Assembly: GCA_038532145.1 (NCBI GenBank)
Contig: JBCBBC010000005.1
Span: forward strand, 17,731 to 81,730
DNA: 64,000 nt
From: Pseudomonadota bacterium
GTDB taxonomy: Bacteria; Pseudomonadota; Alphaproteobacteria; Caulobacterales; Hyphomonadaceae
Reading direction: 5' to 3'
Numbering within the stretch: position 1 is the stretch's first letter; each line of letters begins with the position of its first letter. The notes beneath the pieces are model-generated. The model did no database searches and was not told the origin of the DNA. It was given only the letters and a program-made list of their open reading frames with translations. A program made the translations under genes and the position numbers. This document shows, piece by piece, positions 59,124 through 64,000 of this stretch.

Positions 59124-59519
59124 ATGACTGCACCCGATAATGTCATCGCCCGCAAAATGGCAAACGCCTTAATGAAAGACGCTGAAATTGGCGACCGGAC
59201 GCAAATGGTGCTCGGTCCAGGTGGGCGTCTCGGTACCAATGCCGTCAAAAAGCTGATGGGCGGCCTCTGGGTCGGTGGCAATGTTTATCTCACCGAAGAC
59301 GCGATTGAATTTCATCCCAATGGCCTCAATCGCGCCGTGCACAAAGATCCGGACTCGCTTAGCGTCGTCTTGCCCTTGCGGAGCGTGACATCCGTTGAAA
59401 CGCGGTTTGGAATTGCGACGCAGATCATCGACATCAAGACGGCGATTGGGACATTATCGATCCGTTGTTACGGTGCCGCCGGCTTCGCCAAGAAAATTGA
59501 AACGGCGCGGACGGCCTGA
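59124..59519 (+). CDS. Hypothetical protein (GRAM/PH-like by eye)
   Basis: 131-aa ORF preceded by AGGAGG. No confident family. Confidence 0.5.
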   Translation: MTAPDNVIARKMANALMKDAEIGDRTQMVLGPGGRLGTNAVKKLMGGLWVGGNVYLTEDAIEFHPNGLNRAVHKDPDSLSVVLPLRSVTSVETRFGIATQIIDIKTAIGTLSIRCYGAAGFAKKIETARTA

Positions 59520-59523
59520 AAGT

Positions 59524-60042
59524 TCAGAACGAAAACGTCTGGAGCGCATTCCAGCTGCGCACATCCTCATCCGTTTCGACAATTGGCGGGATTTGCACGG
59601 CATGCAGCGCGTTAAACCGAACCGGTTGATCCAATAACGCCCGGACCGCGTCCCAGTCTGCAGCCCCTTCAGGTGGCGCGCCGTAGCAGAGACTGAGATG
59701 CGGATCGAAGTCCCGGCTCGTTTTTCCGCCTGGCTGGTTCAGCATGAAGTCACGCGCCTTCAACAAAGCCGGATGCCGTTCAACCCGGACAAACAGCGAC
59801 ATGGTGAACGCATCGGTCATGCCGATTTCGAGCGGCTGAACCTCCAGTCCGCACAAGAGCTCAAGACATGGTGATAGATCTGGCTGTTCGCCCTCAATCG
59901 ATGCCAGAGACACATGCGGCGCAAAAACAGGCGCATTTCTGGCTCTGGCCAGACGTGCGATGACGTCGAAGTATCGGGCCGTATCTTCGGCGCAGGGCAC
60001 CACCCAATAGCTGAGTCGGGGGCTCGGGCTCATTCGTCCCAT
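59524..60042 (-). CDS. 2H phosphoesterase superfamily protein (LigT/cyclic phosphodiesterase-like)
   Basis: 172 aa with two H-x-S/T-x motifs at the expected spacing (HVSL and HLSL). Confidence 0.65.
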   Translation of the reverse strand: MGRMSPSPRLSYWVVPCAEDTARYFDVIARLARARNAPVFAPHVSLASIEGEQPDLSPCLELLCGLEVQPLEIGMTDAFTMSLFVRVERHPALLKARDFMLNQPGGKTSRDFDPHLSLCYGAPPEGAADWDAVRALLDQPVRFNALHAVQIPPIVETDEDVRSWNALQTFSF

Positions 60043-60470
60043 GTTGCATATTTGTCCCGCATATACGTGACGCCTTCCTGGACGATCTCTTCGAGCACAT
60101 CCAGATCCACATCGGCCAGCTTATTGATATAGAGACACGATTTTCCCAGCTTGTGCTTGCCGAGCCGATCAAGCTTTTCCTGCATGGAATCAAATTGATA
60201 GCCGGGCATGATATAGACGGTCAGGTTTTGCTTACGCGGGCTGAACCCGGTCAGCATGAATTCTCCTTCCCGGCCAGAATCGTATTTGTAATGGTATCGC
60301 CCGTAACCGATAATGCTTGGTCCCCACATTTTCGGTTTCAGGCCCGTTACGCGATTGAAAAAACTGAGCAATTCTGCAGCATCCTCGCGCTTTTTTTCGG
60401 GTTCCACGTTCGAAACAAAGTCGGCGGGATCGACTTGGGTCGCGACGGTCTTGTTCTTGGCTTTGGCCAT
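60030..60470 (-). CDS. DUF1801 (YdhG-like) domain protein
   Basis: 146 aa with a pattern typical of DUF1801 (MWGPSIIGYGRYHYKYDSGREG...CLYINKLADVD). Its end overlaps the next gene by 13 nt. Confidence 0.65.
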   Translation of the reverse strand: MAKAKNKTVATQVDPADFVSNVEPEKKREDAAELLSFFNRVTGLKPKMWGPSIIGYGRYHYKYDSGREGEFMLTGFSPRKQNLTVYIMPGYQFDSMQEKLDRLGKHKLGKSCLYINKLADVDLDVLEEIVQEGVTYMRDKYATWDE

Positions 60471-60494
60471 ATTTCTCCCCTGTTTCGGATCACC

Positions 60495-61508
60495 CTAGCC
60501 AATCGATACCGTTGCCCCAAGGTCCAGAACCAAAATCAGCACAATCGCGATCACCAGCAGAATGATGGAGAGCGCGATGTTGAGCGCGACCGCGCGGTCT
60601 GCCCCCTTCTTCTCCATCCAGGTGCGTGGCCGGATATCGCGAATGCGGAAAACCACGAGTGCGGACACCACAAGGCTGGCAACGTTCAGCGCCAGAAGCA
60701 AACCGGCCCGCGAGGCGAGCGCCCATTCCGCCGTACCGATAAACAGGCCAACCGCCGCGCCGGGTGGCAGCAAGGCCGCGGCCACCATTACGCCCACAAG
60801 GGTCGAATTGGCGCCACGGGTCAATGAGATCGCGGCGGCGCTGCCGGCGGCAATCGCCAGAGCCACACCATCCAGACGCACCTCGGCCCTCGACATCAAT
60901 TCTCGGCTGTCAAAATCAACCTGAATGAAAAAGGAAATCAGGATCGAGCAGGCCAGCGCCAGCAATACCCCAATCCCCAATGTCCCAGCGGAATCCAAAA
61001 GCAGCTTTCGATCGCCCAACGCGGCCCCGAGACAAAAACCCAGTATCGGTCCGAGCAGTGGCGCAATCACCATCGCCCCAATCACCCCGGCAACACTGTT
61101 TGAGTGGAGACCGATCGCCGCCACGATGGTCGACAGGATGACAAAGACGAGAAAATCACGATCAAGCTGCGCATCTTCGACGACGTCCTGATAAATCTCT
61201 TCCCGCAAAGCCAGCTTGCGCGTCAGCATCTTGCTTTTCTTCGGCGCTTTCGCGTCTTCCGGGATGGCTGGAGCCGTCGCTTCCAGAGGCACCAGAGAAA
61301 TGCGCCAGTCCTTCTCATTCTCAAGACACGCCTGAAGATTGTCCATCAAGGTCTGACGCGTGCCATCGCGCAGAAAGACGGAAACATATCGCCGGTCTTT
61401 CTGTTCAAGCGGAATGACGACATAGTCGACAGGATTGGCGGCGCGAATAGCGCGCAGGGCGGTTTCAAAAAGCTCGCCGTCGCGCATATGCAAATCTAGG
61501 CGACGCAT
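60495..61508 (-). CDS. DUF389 (TIGR00341) family membrane protein
   Basis: I chose the start at MRRLDLHMRDG (ATG 61506-61508), directly after the upstream stop. It has an N-terminal soluble domain followed by a Gly/Ala-rich polytopic region. Confidence 0.65.
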   Translation of the reverse strand: MRRLDLHMRDGELFETALRAIRAANPVDYVVIPLEQKDRRYVSVFLRDGTRQTLMDNLQACLENEKDWRISLVPLEATAPAIPEDAKAPKKSKMLTRKLALREEIYQDVVEDAQLDRDFLVFVILSTIVAAIGLHSNSVAGVIGAMVIAPLLGPILGFCLGAALGDRKLLLDSAGTLGIGVLLALACSILISFFIQVDFDSRELMSRAEVRLDGVALAIAAGSAAAISLTRGANSTLVGVMVAAALLPPGAAVGLFIGTAEWALASRAGLLLALNVASLVVSALVVFRIRDIRPRTWMEKKGADRAVALNIALSIILLVIAIVLILVLDLGATVSIG

Positions 61509-61509
61509 C

Positions 61510-62376
61510 TCAGGACTTCTTTCTGCCCATCCGAGCAAGCAGACTGCTCGTATCCCAGCGTTGACCGCCCATGGCCTGGATGTCGGCATAATACTGATCG
61601 ACCATCGCCGTGAGCGGCAGACTGGCACCAAGCTCGCGCGCGGTCTCCAACGTAATCCTCAGGTCTTTGCGCATCCAGTCCACTGCGAACCCATGCTCAT
61701 ACTCGCCCCGGCTCATGGTCTCCCAGCGGTTTTCCATTTGCCAGCTTTGCGCCGCGCCGCCGCTGATCGCTTCAATGACTTTCGCAATATCGAGTCCAGC
61801 CTCGTCCGCAAAATGCATGCTTTCCGCAAGTCCCTGCACGATTCCCGCAATGCAGATCTGATTAACAGATTTGGCCAGCTGCCCTGCACCGCTTTCCCCG
61901 ATAAGGGTCATGCGCTTGCCATATGCCGCCATGATCGGTTCGGCCTGCTGGAAAGCGGCTTCGGCGCCGCCGCACATAATGGTCAGCTGACCTTTCTCCG
62001 CCCCAGCCTGCCCGCCAGAGATCGGCGCATCGATAAAGGCCGCGCCTTTCGCCGCTGCGCGATCTGCCAGCGCGCGCGCCAAACCGGCGCTTGCGGTCGT
62101 ATGGTCGACGATGACCATACCGGCCAAAATGGCCTCATCCAGCGCGTCATAGACCGTCTGAACATCCGGGTCGTCGCCGAGACAAAAGAACACAAAATCA
62201 GTACCTTGAACCGCTTCAGTCGGGGACGAGGCAGCGTCGCCAGCATGATCCCTCACCCAGGCCTCGGCCTTGGCGGCTGTGCGATTCCAGACGGTTACCT
62301 GATGCCCGGCGGCGACCAGATGACCAGCCATTGGATAGCCCATCACACCCAGTCCCAGAAATGCTGTCTTCGCCAT
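61510..62376 (-). CDS. 3-hydroxyisobutyrate dehydrogenase family (beta-hydroxyacid dehydrogenase)
   Basis: 288 aa with the NAD-binding N-terminus FLGLGVMGYPMAGHL and conserved DAPISGG and the catalytic Lys region. Confidence 0.8.
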   Translation of the reverse strand: MAKTAFLGLGVMGYPMAGHLVAAGHQVTVWNRTAAKAEAWVRDHAGDAASSPTEAVQGTDFVFFCLGDDPDVQTVYDALDEAILAGMVIVDHTTASAGLARALADRAAAKGAAFIDAPISGGQAGAEKGQLTIMCGGAEAAFQQAEPIMAAYGKRMTLIGESGAGQLAKSVNQICIAGIVQGLAESMHFADEAGLDIAKVIEAISGGAAQSWQMENRWETMSRGEYEHGFAVDWMRKDLRITLETARELGASLPLTAMVDQYYADIQAMGGQRWDTSSLLARMGRKKS

Positions 62377-62509
62377 TCACCCCCTCCTTACATTTGCAGC
62401 GCAATAGATCGGTCAAATTTCACCAAAATCTATCGGGCGATTCTCAATCGATATTCACCGTGATGCACTATGCACTCAAACTAGGCCAGAACGGCCTTTA
62501 GGGAAAAAT

Positions 62510-63196
62510 ATGGCAATTGCTTATTCATCCCGGCGCAACAAGGGCAGAACGCCCGCTGCGTCCGCCCGCAAGCTGGGGACCTGGAAACTGGCCTATGCCG
62601 ATTTCCTGACCGCTTTGTGCGCCTTCTTTCTGATCATGTGGATCATTCATGGCGTCTCCAAAGACGAGCGCCAGACGCTGGCCCAGCAATTCGGCGCCGA
62701 GGCGGATGCTGTAACGTTCACCACCGCCCCACCATCCACCTCACAGACCATAGCCGACGCCTTGCGCGTCAATCCGGAGCTCGCCGCGTTTGGATCAAGT
62801 GTTACCATCACCGAAGACCCGAACTTCATCCGTATCGAATTGTCAGATATGGCCGAACGCCCGCTGTTCGAAACCGGCGACGGTCGACTGAATGAAACCG
62901 GCGTGCAACTGACCCGAATTGCCGGACGTGCGATTGCCGCGCTGCCGCTGTCCGTATTGATTGAAGGTCACACAGATTCCCATCCGAGCCGCACGATCGG
63001 TTACTCAAACTGGGAATTGTCCTCTGATCGGGCAAATTCAGCCCGCCGACTGTTGATCGAGGCTGGTGTCGACGAGGCTCGAATCCAAGGCGTGACCGGC
63101 CTCGCACATACCCGGCCACTATTACAGAACGCGCCCAAAAACGCCGCTAACAGACGGATCTCGATAGTTCTGGTCATCGCCCCCAAGACCGCCTAA
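62510..63196 (+). CDS. motB: MotB-like protein (OmpA/MotB peptidoglycan-binding domain)
   Basis: 228 aa. The N-terminal TM segment carries the conserved Asp (WKLAYADFLTALCAFFLIMW). The C-terminal OmpA-like domain has EGHTDS and NWELSSDRANSARR. Confidence 0.7.
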   Translation: MAIAYSSRRNKGRTPAASARKLGTWKLAYADFLTALCAFFLIMWIIHGVSKDERQTLAQQFGAEADAVTFTTAPPSTSQTIADALRVNPELAAFGSSVTITEDPNFIRIELSDMAERPLFETGDGRLNETGVQLTRIAGRAIAALPLSVLIEGHTDSHPSRTIGYSNWELSSDRANSARRLLIEAGVDEARIQGVTGLAHTRPLLQNAPKNAANRRISIVLVIAPKTA

Positions 63197-63233
63197 GGTT
63201 CTTTCACCGCGAAAGAATCGATCAGGAGGTCGA

Positions 63234-64000
63234 ATGTCCGCTGAAATACTGGCTCACTGGCCAATGTGGGCAAGCCTTGCGGCCGTCGGCGTTACCATCG
63301 TTTTTTATATGCTTGATCGCTGGTCGATGGAGCTGGTCTCCGTTTCGGTCATCGCTGCGCTTTTACTTCTGTTCAGCCTGCCAGGCGCGACCGCCTATGA
63401 TGGCAGCGATATTTCCATCGCGCCGCTGCTCTCGGGCTTTGCGAACCCGGCTCTGATTACGATCATGGCCTTGTTGGTCGTCGGACAGGGCCTGTTCCAG
63501 ACCGGTGCGCTGGAGGGGCCAACCAAGGCTTTGGTGCGATCGTATGGCAAACGTCCGATCCTGACCCTGATGGGCGCTTTCGCAGCGGTTTTCGTCACCA
63601 GCGCCTTCACCAATAATACGCCGGTCGTGATTATGTTCCTGCCCATCATGTCGGCGATTGCCGCGCGCATGGGGTCCTCGACGTCACGCCTGATGATGCC
63701 GTTGAGCTTTGTCTCCATCTTTGCCGGCATGACGACTTTGATCGGCACCTCGACGAACCTGCTCGCCGCGGATGCGTATGAGCGCCTGACGCCCAACCAA
63801 CTCGGCTTCTTTGACCAGTCCGTTTTTGGTTTGATGTTAGCGGGTGTCGGCATGGTTTATCTCTTAATCGCATCACGGGTTCTGCTGCCCAATCGCGAAG
63901 AACTGACTGAGACGATGATGAAATCGGGTAAGCAGTTCGTCGCTCAATTCGAAGTCACACCGGGCCACTTTCTCGATGGCAAACAGGCTGTTGCAGGCAT
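63234..64000 (+). CDS. SLC13/DASS-family permease (partial, continues past window end)
   Basis: ATG at 63234 preceded by AGGAGG. Translation gives MSAEILAHWPMWASLAAVGVTIVFYML... with a polytopic start and the beginning of a TrkA-C-like domain. It is not in the track because it is open-ended. Confidence 0.7.
   Translation, partial: MSAEILAHWPMWASLAAVGVTIVFYMLDRWSMELVSVSVIAALLLLFSLPGATAYDGSDISIAPLLSGFANPALITIMALLVVGQGLFQTGALEGPTKALVRSYGKRPILTLMGAFAAVFVTSAFTNNTPVVIMFLPIMSAIAARMGSSTSRLMMPLSFVSIFAGMTTLIGTSTNLLAADAYERLTPNQLGFFDQSVFGLMLAGVGMVYLLIASRVLLPNREELTETMMKSGKQFVAQFEVTPGHFLDGKQAVAG

Noticed and set aside
61435-62463. A 342-aa plus-strand ORF.
   Set aside because: It is antisense to the well-supported 3-hydroxyisobutyrate-dehydrogenase-family gene and the start of DUF389. 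It is Arg-rich with no recognisable motifs, so it is a shadow ORF.
62510-63196. A MotB-like gene with no adjacent motA, which could be an orphan stator or a novel system.
   Set aside because: From memory, motA and motB are unlinked in Caulobacter-type genomes. The protein keeps the conserved TM Asp and the OmpA-like domain, so it is most simply the ordinary stator subunit or a paralogue.

Overview
This window looks like core chromosome from an alphaproteobacterium. The gene order resembles Caulobacterales/Hyphomonadaceae-type genomes, but that taxon call is inference only.

Main blocks:
- (1) 1-11940: a carbohydrate-uptake-type locus. It holds a partial xylulokinase, a small secreted CBM-like protein, a secreted TPR-like protein and four tandem flavin-dependent halogenase-like genes. 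One of the four has lost the family signature motifs. A 1074-aa TonB-dependent receptor is transcribed divergently from the halogenase genes. Two related 14-bp LacI-type palindromes sit in the two promoter regions of this locus.
- (2) 12017-32658, minus strand: the complete complex I operon nuoA-N, followed by birA, coaX, RNase J, methylmalonyl-CoA epimerase and a DUF1467 gene. Five extra tightly coupled ORFs lie inside the nuo operon: three between nuoD and nuoE, one between nuoE and nuoF, and one between nuoF and nuoG. NuoE carries a long C-terminal extension.
- (3) 33012-64000: housekeeping and accessory genes.
  - AraC-family regulator, tRNA-Leu(TAG), aldo/keto reductase, trigger factor, AcnB.
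  - A 1000-aa secreted mosaic protein with a small secreted partner.
  - Lipoprotein cytochrome c, a stand-alone AceE-like E1 enzyme, MarR and an outer-membrane barrel.
  - Dispersed valine-catabolism genes, SulP, SDR, TauD, hemB, a DUF389/DUF1801/2H-phosphoesterase operon, MotB-like and a partial SLC13 permease.

I found no rRNA, CRISPR array, transposase, integrase, prophage or recognisable defence genes.

The best candidate for unexplained biology is the receptor/four-halogenase-paralogue locus with its shared operator. Next are the non-canonical genes embedded in the nuo operon and the 1000-aa mosaic exported protein. None of these is demonstrably a new system from sequence alone.
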